Below, piece by piece: positions 12,050-25,324 of a stretch of 64,000 nucleotides of DNA. The stretch comes from Pseudogymnoascus verrucosus (taxonomy: Eukaryota), in NCBI GenBank assembly GCA_001662655.1, contig KV460206.1. One strand, written 5' to 3'. The translations under genes and the position numbers were made by a program. How positions within the stretch are numbered: the first letter of the stretch is position 1; each line of letters begins with the position of its first letter. Under the pieces are notes generated by a model, which saw only the letters and a program-made list of their open reading frames with translations, was not told the origin of the DNA and did no database searches.

Positions 12050-13137
12050 AAGTTCGAATCCCTTCGGTGGCTGGCGTCTGTCTATGGTGTTTAGGGGTGG
12101 CTTGGTTGTTTGATGGATAGTGGTGGTTTTGTTTTGGACCTGATCCGATGAGATCGGCCATTTATGTACATATGGGAGACGCAATTAGGAAGCGCGGATT
12201 GTGGAGGCATAGCGACGGAGTTTTATCGAGTTACAGATATCAAAAGAGTTACAGATATCAAAATCGAGGTCTAGTCAACGTACCTAGCCCATCTGATAAG
12301 ATAATCTCATACACTATGAAGTCTTACTGGTGCAAGCGGCGGGTGTGTCTACTGGATGGTAGCACTTGTGCTCACTTAAATTGAGCCGCCCCATTACATA
12401 AGGTAGAATACAATTAGTTGTCGTTTTAGAATATGAGCTATCATCTTAAAGTATCAATTATCAGACTATTAGTATAAATATACTCGACAGGCTCGGCATG
12501 CTCGGCATGAGTACCAACTCTATATCCATTGCCAACTATTTATTCATGCCTCAGGCATCCAATCTGCGCCAACAAAACGATGGCCCGGTAATGAAGTCAT
12601 CGAGCACGGTCCAGCCAGCCGTTGTCCAGCGTTATCTTGTGCCTAGCCCACTATTGGACTTCCTAGTCCTTATGATGTAGATTTGCACCCTTTTGCACCC
12701 TTTCCCACCCAGTTTTATGTGGTCATGGTACTGATGGGGTACCTGGCAGACCACACTAGTGCAGCCGCACTACCTCCACCTGCATGTCCACAACTCACAC
12801 TCCATCGCGCTCTTCACTCCATCAAGTTTTACAAGTATATTATTGCCTCCCTCCCATTTATCCCATTACAAATCGCCATTCTAGGCCTTTAATCCCCCTG
12901 ACGCACAACCCCCATCGCTCTCTTATTTCATCAACTCATCGCAACGTATTTAGGACCCCTACTTGCCTTCACCGGGGGACATCTACGGCACCGATCGCAA
13001 CGGCGGCAAGAAATGCGAGGGGGCCTGCGGTCAGCGCCGAATCCTAATGCAACACGCTCCTGAAAGCCCGATCCTTCCTCGCTCGCAAATCTATCGAGAC
13101 CATCGAATATTCGAACTTCGGCAATAACACGCAAACC

Positions 13138-15834
13138 ATGAAGGCGGCGGCAAGACCGCCCCTGCGGTCGACTCGGTCCCATTCTCATAGACCGAAGACC
13201 CCATCGTCAGCCGGAGGCAGTCCGTTGATCCAGGCTATTAGAGCACCATCATCAGCTGCACCACCTACAATACCTGCATCTTTCTCTCCGATACGCACGC
13301 CAGGGGGCAGAGAACAGGCGCGGCCGTCAAGCCCCAATTATTTTGGGCTTGTCGTTGATTCTGGCAACAATGCAAGAGAGTCCGGCAGTGGCTCCAAAGA
13401 TAATCGCAGCCCGACTGCTTCTTTGGTACAATCTTATATCGAGCAAACGCCCAGGAATATTCCGATAGAAAACAGTGCAGATTTTGACGCTTTCCGGAAA
13501 CAGAGCGAAGCCAACCAGTCGTTCAGCTTGGGCCATGGCAATTTATCCCATTTTGCCTCAGCACCTGTCCTCCCAGCCCAGGCCCATGGATATAAGAGTG
13601 TAGCTGGCCATGATAGGAACACCGAGGCGAAAAGGACGAACAGCGCAGTCACCATCAGCAGTGATGCGTGGTTGTCGCCGGCGCGTCACTCCAACACCTT
13701 CCCGACTGAATCATCGCCAGTTTTTGGCCTCCCAATGCAGGAGTCGCCTATGACTGCAGAGTTATCTCAACCGCTGGCACCGGTTCGAGAACATATGCTC
13801 TCTCAATTAGGTGATAGGCACCCACGGTTGTCTCTGCCTGGTGATAGGCCTAGCCCGTCCACACCACATACAAGCCAACAAAATGATATCCCCCGGGCAG
13901 AGACGCTACCACCAGTGTTACAAGATGGCCCTGCGTTTATTTCTGCTTCAGACCTAAGGGATTTTTTGAAAACCCAGAGTTCTTCGGATTACTTACTTTT
14001 AGACCTTCGAGTTGCCCCGCAGTATTCCCAATCAAGGATTCGCAACGCCCTCAATCTGTGCATTCCTACAACATTATTGAAGAGACCGTCGTTCAATTTG
14101 GCGAAGCTCACCGATACATTCAAGGTTCCGGAGGAGAAGACTCAGTTCTCAAGGTGGGGCGAATGCAGGTATATTATCGTTTACGATTCCCACTCTTCAG
14201 AGAAGAAAGACGCAGTTGCACCTCTGAACACCATCAAGAAGTTCACAAATGAAGGTTGGAATGGGAGGGCATATATACTAAAGGGTGGATATAAGGCATT
14301 TTCTGCAATCCAGAGCGATGCCATTGACCAGAAGCCAACGAACGATACACAAAACTCCAAGAATCTTTCATTGGGCTCCCTATTTCCCAACGCTGCTGAT
14401 GTCGCTGGCGGCTGCGAAATGCCAAAGACAAAAAGTGTCGCGAACCCCTTTTTCAGCAATATTCGACAGAACATGGACCTCGTTGGTGGCGTGGGTCAAA
14501 TCGATGTCAGGCGTCCGGACGATGTAGATCAATTGGCGGATGACTTCCTCCCGTCGTGGCTTCGGAGCGCCACTGCCAAGGAAGACCACGGCAAGACAGT
14601 TTCTGATAAGTTCTTACATATAGAACAAATCGAGCAGTCCAGAATGCAAAACGCCTTGTCGTCTCGAGTTTCTTATGGAACGCCCACAGCCAGATCTGAC
14701 AATGACGTTCAAATCGCCGGATTTGAAAAAGGGGGGAAAAACCGATACAACAACATTTGGCCTTTCGAGCATTCCCGAGTCAGACTACAAGGGAGAGCTG
14801 AAGGCGTCTGTGATTATGTAAATGCGACTCATATCAAGCCTTTGTGGAGCAATAAGCGATATATTGCGTCCCAGGGCCCTCTACCTGCTACCTTTGAGGT
14901 GCGTTCGCCTCTCATAATTGTTAACGCGTATACTGATTTTTGATAGGATTTCTGGAGCGTTATCTGGGATCATGATGTACGAGTTATTGTCATGCTGACA
15001 GCAGAATCTGAGGGCGGGCAAGTCAAGTGCCATCCGTACTGGTCTGCTCAAGAATATGGCAGATTCAAAATAACCTCATCCACGGAAAAGAAGGCCCCTC
15101 TAGAACCCATTAAGCATGTCCGCTCCATACGGAAAGAGTCCTTTGGGAGGCGCCGTGCGAACACTGTGATGGAATCAACAATCCCAGAGGCCAGCCCTGG
15201 TGACAATCCAGATGTTGTGGTTCGAACCATTACGCTGTCCTGCTCGACACAACCCCACGTGCCCGCCAGGCAGATAATGCAGGTACAGTATAGTTCTTGG
15301 CCGGATTTCGGGACCACAGCCCGGCCCAGCCAGCTTCTGGGAATAATCGAGCTTTCCAACTCACTCCAACATGCGGCGTTACCACCAGCCGTCGCTAAGC
15401 AAATAAACTCGGAGGAACCAGATCCAGACCAGTCTTTGCCACCGATCCTAGTTCACTGCAGCGCAGGATGTGGTCGGACTGGGACATTCTGCACCGTGGA
15501 CTCGGTCATCGACATACTCAAACGCCAACGAAAAGAGACTCTCAGTGGCGTCACGCCGATGGATATCTCGGCAGCGGAAGAAACAGACTATTTAACAACA
15601 AAACACGCATCCAAGGATATGGAGAGCGACTGGCTCTTCAACCCAAAGATAGATCTTATAGAGCGCACTGTAGCCGACCTCCGAAAACAGCGAATCAGCA
15701 TGGTCCAAAGTTTAAGGCAGTATGTCCTTTGCTACGAGACTGTCCTGGAGTGGATTGTCCAGCAATATCAGGCACCACCGAAGAGGGAACGAAGCGGGAG
15801 CGAATCATTGGCATCGGATGACAGACGGGGTTAA
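13138..15834 (+). CDS. MAPK-directed protein tyrosine phosphatase (rhodanese + PTP; Ptp2/Ptp3/Pyp1-like); exons 13138-14898, 14947-15834
   Basis: Rhodanese-like LLLDLRV..YSQSRIRNALNLCIPTTLLKRPSF. PTP motifs KNRYNNIWPFEHSRV, DYVNA, YIASQGPL, WPDFG, VHCSAGCGRTG and QRISMVQSLRQY. Confidence 0.94.
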
Positions 15835-16220
15835 TTTTGCATGTGCGGGACGGTTGGAGGCACTACGACATAGATGATTTGTGAATATGCATACTTCTTT
15901 GGTTTGATTCATAGGAGGCGTGTTTTGGACAAGTGGTATCACTTTGGATATCCTTGTCACTGGTTTGGCATCGCGATGGCGTCAGGCATTGCTAATGAAC
16001 TTAATGTGTTGGGCGATTGATTTGCATGGGTAGCAGGCGGGGGAATGATTTAGACTGGAAAGCATAGGCAAATTGGAATAGAGATACATTTGTCTAAAAA
16101 TTCAATTGTCTCCAATCACCATCAGTGATGGTGGTGATATTATTTCGGGTTCTATTGTATTGTACACAAGCGCATCCTCATTGTTCCTATCCGTAGCAAA
16201 ATTGCGCCAACCTCCCTCGC

Positions 16221-17496
16221 TCACTTCCATAACTTGCCCAAACTAACCTCCTTATCATCGTGCTTGTTCAAGACCTTCGCTGTGGCGAGGTCAAAGTCCT
16301 CTTGTGTGACGTGCACTCGCCTCTCTCGTAATGCGAACATACCAGCCTCCGTGCATACACCCTTGAGCTCGGCTCCTGAGCATCCGTTCATCTTCTCGGC
16401 GATCTTGGTCAGGTTGATGCCTCTTGTCAGGTTCATCTTGCGGCTGTGGATGCGGAGAATATCTGCTCTGGCCTCAACGGTTGGCGGGGGGAACTCAATC
16501 TTCCTATCGATACGTCCTGGTCGTAATAATGCAGGATCCAAGATATCGAGCCTATTTGTCGCCATAATGACCTTAATATTCTTTGTCGGCTCGAAACCAT
16601 CAAGTTGGTTGAGAAGCTCCAACATCGTGCGCTGTACTTCCGAATCACCGCCAGACGAGCCCTCGACACGGGAGGATCCAATGGAATCGATTTCGTCCAT
16701 GAAGATGATAGACGGAGCATGCTCACGCGCCATGACGAAAAGCTCACGGACCATCCGCGAACCCTCTCCGATGTATTTCTGGACCAACTCGGATCCGGAC
16801 ACCCTGATGAACTTGCAGTCTGTGTGGTGAGCAACAGCTCTCGCGAGCAGAGTCTTCCCCGTTCCGGGAGGGCCGTAGAGCAGCACACCCTTTGGCTGTG
16901 CTATCCCCAACGATTCAAACAGTTCCGGATGCTTGAGGCCTAGTTCGATAACTTCCTTAATCTCCTTAATCTGTTGGTCCAGCCCTCCAATCATATCGTA
17001 TGTGCTGTCGGGCACCTTCTCAACCATCATCAGCGACACAAGAGGGTCGACGGATGACGGAAGCATCTTCTCCAGTTTGTATGAGTCGGAGAGGAGGGTG
17101 ACGCGCTTCCCAACGGTAAGCTTGGCAATGTCGACGTTATCGGAGATGTCCACAACTGAAGTCGAGTTAGTCTTTTGCCTATGTGGTATTCACTTCACAA
17201 GGGCGACGAACCGTATTTCCCTTCTGGATGAACCTTCACTAAGACCTTCTTGGTGCCCATCACCTTCACGACTTCTCCAACATATGAACCAGGCTGTTGC
17301 AGCAGCCCCAACTCTTCTCTCAGCAGACGAACTGTGGGCGGTTAGTATATACCCTTCAAACCTGCTGCAGAGACCAAATACCTCTTGAATTGTAATCGTT
17401 TCGTTGCGCTTCAAGTCTCCGGAGGACCGCCTGGCCCTGGATGATCTCGAGCTTCATGCTCTCGATCTTGTTGTGAAAGAAGCTGTCGAGCGCCAT
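16221..17496 (-). CDS. RPT6: 26S proteasome AAA-ATPase subunit Rpt6; exons 17496-17382, 17331-17212, 17155-16221
   Basis: Motifs [18 protein letters not shown], Walker [26 protein letters not shown] and C-terminal KLWK. Two canonical introns. Confidence 0.97.
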
Positions 17497-18317
17497 CTTG
17501 AATGACTTGGCGACGAATATATGGGTGTAGGAAGTGCGATGTTATGCCAGTCGACAGAGAGTACTGGTGGCGATGATGGTGCGACGGGTTGTTGTGTTGA
17601 CAACGTTGGGGTTCGATGTTTGATAAGGTAAGAAGGCGAGGTAAGCTTCAAGAAGTACGTGAAGCCTTGGGGCCTTGGGCACGGACCACGTGCTTGGCTC
17701 GCGTTTATACTTACATACCATACATTTTGTATGTACACTCTGAACCCCAGTAGGAGAAACCAATAGCTACAGTTCTCCTACGCGCATGAAATCTAACTAT
17801 GAAGTATCACAGAACCTGGGACAGAATGTTCTGTAAGTGTTAACTGTCTCCGATTTCAAAAAGACATATATGTAAGGACAACACTCGGTAGTGTATAGTT
17901 CTGTTTGGCGTATGGAGTACTTATCTATTAACCCTGGCAGCTTGTACCAAGCTAAAGCACTCTTCGTCATTTCAAGGTAAACAGCATCCATCTCTAATCT
18001 TCATTGCTTCCTTCGTTATACAACAACAGGTTTATCGACACGCATACAGCGTACAGACCTGCACTGTAACAAACGCATCTTTGGTGCATTTATCATTGCT
18101 CTATTTGCTTGTATATCCACACCTTGCTCTGCTTCAGGAACTGGAGCGGCCGAGGCTGTAGTTAGCAATTTCGACAATGATCCACAAGCCATATCCTTTA
18201 TAAACCTCCTTTTCGTTGGTTTCATAATCTCGCAACTGAATTTTCAGTCGCTATTTACTGTCGACAGTCGAGGCCATAGCTATATATCGAAGGACCTAGA
18301 TCCTAAAGGTCTTCGTT

Positions 18318-21300
18318 ATGTCTTCCAAGGACTCCAGCACCGGGAAGGCGAAAGCCTCTGAAGGAGCCTCTCAAGCTCAAGAACAAGAGTCAGGTCCTTC
18401 ACAGACACCAGTTGGCTCCAGCACCCTTACCGGCACAGAGGCTGGGCATCCTCTGCATCGGTCCCAGTCGATCACAAAGGAATCCGAAGATTTGCTTAGC
18501 TCAAGCGTCAAGTCTACTGATACAGTACGCCGCAGACCCGAAGCCGGCACCAGCGGATATGGTATGTTATATTATCCTCATGAAGTCCCCAGCTTTGCCA
18601 CAGTTCGGAAACAAGTGCAAGAAAGGCGGCAGGCTGACCCAAGACTATTAGGATCCATATCGGGACCCTCGAACCCTAATCCCTCGCAAGGATCTGAACG
18701 ACCAACCCCGCGAAAGATTGACTCGGCGCGCTCTATACAATCTGCACAGTCTCCAGTCCTAGGCCCAGAACGTGGAAGATATCAACGAGGCCAGAAACCC
18801 GCAATGACACGTCGAGTCTCATCCACTCCACAAGGCCCGCATCGCGGCCAGGAATTTTCGGTCGACGATGATGCAAATGAGATCGAAGGGGACAAAGCAC
18901 TTCGACATGGGGGTATAGGAGGGTCCGTATCTGGGTTTGGGACAACCAAATCATCGCTCAGAAGGCGTCCCACTGCTACAGGGGCTGTTCCTCGAGAAGA
19001 CTCGAACCGCGAGGAGGATCTACGCGCAACAGGATCAGGTTTTACTGGCCGTAGCGATGGAATTGCGGAGGAGGGTTCTGCCTCTGACGAGAGCCAAGAG
19101 ACGATACGCAAAAACGACAATATGGATCCGGATACGACCAACCTCGACGGCGACGACGACAATGATGATGACGAGGATGGTGACATTAGCGACACCGAGA
19201 GCTTTACTTTGAAGGACAGACAGGAAGCCATCAACGAGACTCATCCCTTTGGTATTCGTATATGGAAGCCTGCGCTCTACAAAAAGGATAGATCGGTTCA
19301 AAAAATAGCAGAGGGAGACATACATTCTGCTCCTGGGGGGCTGGTAAGTAGGTGGCTTCTACTTTTTAACATCGCCTGGACTATATTGTTTGGATGGTGG
19401 CTAGCGCTTGCTGCACTAGCTGGTGCACTTGTGTGTTTTGTATTTGGCGCCGCGCCGGGTGCACTTGAGTATGGAAGAGTCCTTTGGGGGCTATCGGGCT
19501 ACATATTCTACCCATTTGGCAAGTTCGTACGACTGGAGCAAGACGAAGCATACGCAAACGAGGATGAGGGAGAAGGCAGAAGTGTCACGGAATACGAACG
19601 ATGGCAATCCGGCGACCTTGAGGATGGGAGACTATTCTTTGGGCCTGATGGCGGGAATAGGTCAATAGTCGGACGCAGGCGAGGAAGTTTGGACTCTGTG
19701 GCTACCGAGACGGATAGTCTCCTTGGCAGAACGAGACGTGGAGGTGATAGAGACTCTTCCGTCCCTCGAATGAAGAGGAGACTGTTTGGTCGAGGCCAGT
19801 GGAATCTTGGACGCGTAATCTTTTTCATCTTCTTTTACGGATTGATTACGCCGCTGCTCTTTATTGTCTCTGGAATCTGCTGGATCATGGTCTTTTCGAT
19901 TCCGATGGGCAAAGTAACTCTACTTCTGATCTATCACCTTCGCCGCCATCCATTGGCACTCTCGTTTCAATCAGACACTTCATACTCACGAGGTGGACCC
20001 AACTCATCCATACTCCTGTGCACGTACCGTGCTGTGGGCCTCAAGTATTGGAAGTATACTGTTGACGGTACCAACATATTCTTCATCAACCTCATGGCAG
20101 TCGTCATGTTCGTCATACTCGACTACTGGGTGTTGCGCGAAATGATGGAGCTTGACTTGGCAATCACCCAGCCAGCCTTCCTTTTTGTGGGTGCACTTCT
20201 GTCTATCATCCCACTTGCATACTTCATTGGACAAGCCGTCGCGTCCATTTCCGCGCAATCCTCCATGGGACTGGGAGCGGCAATCAATGCCTTCTTCTCT
20301 ACGCTGGTCGAGGTTTACTTGTACTGCGTTGCTTTAAACCAAGGCAAGGGGCAACTTGTCGAGGGAAGCATTATCGGCAGTATATTTGCTGGAATTCTGT
20401 TCCTTCCCGGGCTATCGATGTGCTTTGGGGCCATAAAGCGGAAGACACAGAGGTTCAATGCTAAGTCCGCTGGTGTTACGTCTACAATGCTACTGTTTGC
20501 AGTCATTGCTGCTTTCGGTCCCACCCTGTTCTACCAGATATACGGCACTGTAAGTCTAATCCAAATCCGAAACTGAAAGTCAGCTAACAAGGCATCCAGC
20601 ATGAACTCTCTTGTCTGTCATGCATCGACACCGAGAGTGAGGGTCCAAGCCGCGACTGTCGCCGCTGCTACTTCTCTCAAACCCCATCCTTCGACGACAG
20701 GTTCTACATTGAGGCGGTGCGGCCTTACTGTTGGTTTGCCGCCACACTTTTATTTCTATCATATATCATCGGGCTATGGTTTACTCTCCGGACACATGCT
20801 GCAGTCATCTGGAACATTGAGGTCGACGAGAAGAAAATCCACGCCCAAGACGCAAGCCACCTTTTAGCTACACAGCAGGCCGCCGACAGGGCTCTACGTA
20901 GCCACCAGCTGAACATTAGCCCGGATACTGCCCGCACTGCTGAGATCCGTGATTCTCCAATGTACAAGAAATTCGTTGGCCAGCCATTAAAACAAGGGGC
21001 AACGCCAGCTGATTCACCAGGGACAAGTCACAACGGCCCTGTCACCACACCTCACATGGTACCACCTAGAGCCAGTCTCGACAATGCCTCCAGCCCACTT
21101 ACGGAGGGCGCAACAGATCCAACCGTGGATACTGCCCAACATACGGACGGTGGCAAGAAGGTCGCGTCTCACAAGGCATCACCTCTCCCAGCTATGGATG
21201 TAGAGGTGGCCGCCGTTGACGTGGCTGTGACTGGTGCCCACGATGCGCCCAACTGGAGTAGAACGAAGAGTTCCGTCATATTAATGAGCGCTACGATCTT

Positions 21301-21901
21301 ATACGCCCTTATTGCTGAAATACTTGTCGATACTGTCGATGTTGTATTGCAAGGATTCGCTGTTGACGAGAAATTCCTTGGCATAACGCTCTTCGCACTT
21401 GTTCCCAACACTACCGAGTTCCTTGTAAGTCTACCACTACCCTGTCCATCCACACAACTAACGTACTTGTAGAACGCAATATCCTTCGCCATGAATGGAA
21501 ATATTGCACTTTCCATGGAGATTGGTTCTGCATATGCGCTTCAAGTGTGCCTTTTACAGATCCCCGCACTCGTTCTATTCAGTGCGGTTACCGCTGCATA
21601 TGTGGAAGGAGGTGATGCTGTTGAGAAGACCTTTAACCTCATATTCCCTCAGTGGGATATGGTTACAGTCATCTTGTGCGTCTTTCTGTTGAGTTACATG
21701 TACGGAGAAGGCAAAAGCAATTACTTCAAGGGGTCGATTCTAATCCTCAGCTACTTTGTTGTCATTGTCGGCTTCTGGTTCTCCAGTATGGCCGATACGG
21801 ACTCCATGGGTATGAGCAGATTCGATGTTATTAGGGACGGCGCTGTATTCGCGACGGTGGGAAGGGGGAAATCGGGTGTGGCGTTTCAGCGACACGCATA
21901 A
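18318..21901 (+). CDS. VNX1: Vacuolar cation/H+ exchanger, CaCA family with YccF-like domain (Vnx1-like); exons 18318-18561, 18652-20549, 20600-21424, 21473-21901
   Basis: Motifs RQEAINETHPFGIRIWKPALYKK, IGQAVASISAQSSMGLGAAINAFF, ALVPNTTEFL|NAISFAMNGNIALSMEIGSAYALQV and EGKSNYFKGSILI. Intron 1 is inferred because the ORF also reads through it. Confidence 0.93.
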
Positions 21902-22242
21902 TTGGACGAAATGTCCCTCATTCATTTTTGTAGCAAAGATTTTTGTGTGGTTTAGGCTGGAGTTGGGAAGCGTTGCATGTCCAGTACACAGATGGATCCT
22001 CTTGGGACTGATTAATAATTTGATTTTGTAAATTATTCATTTACCGTTGCAGCTCATGCAAGTATCCAACCAATTTCTATCATCCCGTTTAAAACACTGT
22101 GCCCAACTCATCACAGTCCCAAACGCCCTTAGCCATGGCGGAGAGCCGCGAGGAGGCACTTTTTAACGCAATCTACGCCATAATTCCAAAGACCAATATG
22201 CATCCATAGCAAATCTTCAAATAAAATCGTATCAGAGAGATT

Positions 22243-23316
22243 TCAGGCACTAATCCTAGCCGTATAAGCCTCCCACCCCTTCCTCCTGTATCGCTCCGCC
22301 TCCGTAACCGGATCCGCCGCCCCAATAATGCCCCTACCGACAATAATGATATCCACGCTCTTCTCTCCAATCAGTTTTTTCGGGGTGTTATACTGCTGCC
22401 CAAGACCGTCACTGTTGGCACGCTGCTCCTCGCCCGAGGGCAATTGGCAGCCAGGAGTCATCGTGATGAACTGGTCGTCAGCGGCCGTGTTTTGCGTTTC
22501 CTGCGCAATGAAGCCCATCACAAAGTCCTTGTTATTCCTCGCGATCTCTACACAAGCCTTCGCATATGCCTCGTCGAGCAGGTTCCCAGCGCTGGACATC
22601 TGGGCCAGGAGAAGCAGACCGCGATCGAGCGGCGCCTCCTCAATCTTGGAGAAGATGACGTCCTCCTCGCACTCTGGGATAGGCGCGCGTGGTGAGTTCG
22701 CGGGTTCGTAAGACTGCGAAACGGTAGTGATCGAGACAATGCTCGCCTTGCGACGTGCCTGAAGCGCCTTCAAATTCTTGATGTCCTCGTCATCCTTGCC
22801 CTCATCGTCCTCGGACAGACTCTCTGGCCTTGGTGTTCCGACCGTAATATCCGTCTTGACCTCGTACTTCTTCTTCTCGCGCCACGCGCTCGCGGCATCG
22901 GCCAGCGCAGACACAATCGCTGCGCCGGGCAGGATATGCGCATTCGTGATGTGCGCCCACTCGACCGCCTTCCCCGGTCCGTCGGTATACTGCTTCTGCA
23001 CCGTCGATCCGATGTCGCTGAACTTCCTGTCCTCGAAGATGAGGAAGCCGTGCTTAGCGGCCAGCGCCGCCAGTTGTGCGCCGGTGCCGGTCTCGACGTC
23101 CGAGTCCCAGTCGCTGACAATGTCGTAGTGCGTCTTGAGGACCACGATCGATGGGCCGATCGAGTTCGCTAGGCGCAGCAGGGTGCGCGCGCTCGAGACA
23201 TCGGCGGAGAGACAGAGGTTGCTCTCCTTGACGACCATGAGACGGTACAGGTACGCGCTCAAGGGGTGAGTCGATTGCCGCTCCTCGTACGGGGTCTGGG
23301 CAATGCTCCGAGACAT
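22243..23316 (-). CDS. URA3: Orotidine-5'-phosphate decarboxylase (pyrG/pyr-4), long form with internal insertion
   Basis: Motifs [58 protein letters not shown] and DIIIVGRGI. Confidence 0.97.
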   Translation of the reverse strand: MSRSIAQTPYEERQSTHPLSAYLYRLMVVKESNLCLSADVSSARTLLRLANSIGPSIVVLKTHYDIVSDWDSDVETGTGAQLAALAAKHGFLIFEDRKFSDIGSTVQKQYTDGPGKAVEWAHITNAHILPGAAIVSALADAASAWREKKKYEVKTDITVGTPRPESLSEDDEGKDDEDIKNLKALQARRKASIVSITTVSQSYEPANSPRAPIPECEEDVIFSKIEEAPLDRGLLLLAQMSSAGNLLDEAYAKACVEIARNNKDFVMGFIAQETQNTAADDQFITMTPGCQLPSGEEQRANSDGLGQQYNTPKKLIGEKSVDIIIVGRGIIGAADPVTEAERYRRKGWEAYTARISA

Positions 23317-23914
23317 GGCCGGTAATTGGCAGTCGGGGACTGCGCTGTGCGTGTCGGCGGGGTGTTCCAGTGCTCCGGGCTAGTCGTGGGATGTTGAGAT
23401 GCGAGGGGTCGTTATAAAATCAAACTCTGCGGTTCGAGTTCCCCATGGATTTAAACTGGGGTCGGGTTTGATCTGGTATGGTGTGCCGAGCCCGATAATG
23501 ATAATTGATAAAAAGTACTTGTTATCGTCTGATGCGCCTGGCCGCTTCCCGTAGCGACCAAGACAGATTTTAAAGGCAAGGAAAAGTCAACGTTATTAAT
23601 ATACTACACATTTTTTTTTATGATTGGCTACATATCACGATTTGCTTATATTAAGTACAGCTCTCCCAGGGTCGTGCATGATCGGTGGCTGAACAGGGCG
23701 CTTTGGGGTCCAACCAGCTACGGAGAAGAGTCGACGAATCACCACAACTTTACGATTGAACAGTGTGATGTTATATTTTGAACATGTGTGAAATTGCTAA
23801 CCCGCTTGCCGTTACTTGAGTAAAGGGAAATTCTATTTACATGAACGCCATACATCGCTTCTAATGGCTCATGATTACAACAGCTAGTATTCTTGCCCCG
23901 CAAGTCCAGCCCAC

Positions 23915-25324
23915 CTAATATCCACTATCCCAGAGATCGTCTGTGTCCTTCACCATCTCCATAACAGGAGATTTAGGCTCCATCCTCCTCATCGCCTTGC
24001 GATCTTCCCGCGTGATCAGCCGCGGTGTGATTGGCACCAAAGGAGTGAACGGCTGGTAGGGGCTATATGGTGTTGCTCCAGCAGACCACGGGGTTTTTAA
24101 CCCTGGCGACAGCGGCGTGGTCCGTTCCAGGACCGTTGTCTTGGTAGAATGTGAGAATGACGGCGAAGAGAGTCCTGGGGGTGGATCAAATGCTCTGAAG
24201 GGAAGCTGTCGTGTGGATGAGGTTGCCGATGAGGGGTTCACGGAAACGGGACCGGGGATAGTTAAGTTCAAAGGACGGTTTGTAGCAACCGATCTGTTGT
24301 TAGGTGGTGGCCCCATCGAAACTGAAGCGAGGTTTTCTGCAATTGATCTTGTCGGCGAGATGGGTGACGGATCTGCAGTTTGCACGCTGGAGTTGTTGCG
24401 GGAATGGTACTGATATGGCATTTGACCTTCAGGAACCGGAGGTGGAGGTGGAGGCTGGTAGTGGCGAGGGCTAAGTGGCTCTTCATCCGACGCATATGTT
24501 GCGGGGAAGGTTGTAGAGAGAGGCGTGGCCATTGGAGAGCTGATCTTCAAGCCACGGATGCCCTTTCGTTTTGGCGACTTGAGGGACGAGATCAAGGACG
24601 ATGTGCGCGAGTGTGTTTTCTCGGTGCTGCCCAGGTTGGCTGGCTTGATTTTCTCCAGGCGCTTGCTGGAGGCGGTGCTCTGCCTCTGAGGTGAGGCAGA
24701 TGGAAGAGGGGTTGGGGCAGGCATATCTGCTATGTTGAGTCCGGCGGCTTTGGCTTCCTCCTGTTCCATAACATGCGCGTATAGGTCCTCGAGTCCGCGG
24801 TTCAAAATCTCACGATCTGCTTGTATAATTCGCGAATCGACTCCTGGGTTGGTCCCGGGCGAGACGGGAGAGCAGTTTTGAGAGGGAAAGACGTAGGGGT
24901 TCTGGGTCTTCTCGGCAGTTGGCCACGCAGCGGTGCGGAAAGCTGTGGCGGCCGAGGTGGGCGAGATTGGAGATGGATAATATGCAGCGGGGTTTATAAC
25001 GTGTCCAACTAGCATCTCAACATCATTCTGTGCTGCGAGTTCTCTTGCTTTGCGAAGTCGACGTCCAACGAAGAATAGGGCGAGGAGGATGGTGATCACC
25101 ACGAATACGTATGCGCCGACGATTCCACCGATTTCCGCAGGAAGGTAAGACTTGTCGCGAAGAGCTCCAGCTGATAAGGGAGGGCCGTCTTCTGGAGATG
25201 GCGCTGGGTCCCAGTCGAGATTTAGGGGGTTGCTACGAGCATTTATAACGTTCTCGACGACTTGTGGAGCCTTGCGGGCGATTCGTGTAACAAGAGCTGG
25301 GAGACCAGTGAAAGCTTCCCGCAT
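23915..25324 (-). CDS. Hypothetical single-pass membrane protein with Pro/Ser-rich cytoplasmic tail
   Basis: Intronless ~469 aa ORF. The first AUG is at 25324; the ORF-track start at 25336 is GTG. One strong TM segment (IGGIVGAYVFVVITILLALFFVG) is followed by basic RRLRK. Confidence 0.75.
   Translation of the reverse strand: MREAFTGLPALVTRIARKAPQVVENVINARSNPLNLDWDPAPSPEDGPPLSAGALRDKSYLPAEIGGIVGAYVFVVITILLALFFVGRRLRKARELAAQNDVEMLVGHVINPAAYYPSPISPTSAATAFRTAAWPTAEKTQNPYVFPSQNCSPVSPGTNPGVDSRIIQADREILNRGLEDLYAHVMEQEEAKAAGLNIADMPAPTPLPSASPQRQSTASSKRLEKIKPANLGSTEKTHSRTSSLISSLKSPKRKGIRGLKISSPMATPLSTTFPATYASDEEPLSPRHYQPPPPPPVPEGQMPYQYHSRNNSSVQTADPSPISPTRSIAENLASVSMGPPPNNRSVATNRPLNLTIPGPVSVNPSSATSSTRQLPFRAFDPPPGLSSPSFSHSTKTTVLERTTPLSPGLKTPWSAGATPYSPYQPFTPLVPITPRLITREDRKAMRRMEPKSPVMEMVKDTDDLWDSGY

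Noticed and set aside
12048..12070. GTTCGAATCCC, a tRNA T-loop/B-box-like sequence
   Set aside because: It lies immediately after the USP stop codon. No acceptor stem, D-arm or anticodon arm can be built.
12228..12263. 18-bp tandem duplication (also (GCCCATATA)3 at 30425-30457 and (ATCTGGCA)3 at 37663-37688)
   Set aside because: These are ordinary slippage repeats with no flanking mobile element.
16117..16133. Palindrome CACCATCA-G-TGATGGTG between the convergent PTP and RPT6 genes
   Set aside because: The 8-bp arms are short enough to arise by chance, and no function can be assigned.
18016..18225. ORF containing TASAAPVPEAEQ, resembling a secreted prepro-peptide or pheromone
   Set aside because: It has no hydrophobic signal peptide, Kex2 repeats or CAAX motif. 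The candidate splice sites do not give a coherent frame.
23431..23445. GGTTCGAGTTCCCC, a B-box-like motif upstream of URA3
   Set aside because: The match is imperfect and there is no cloverleaf.
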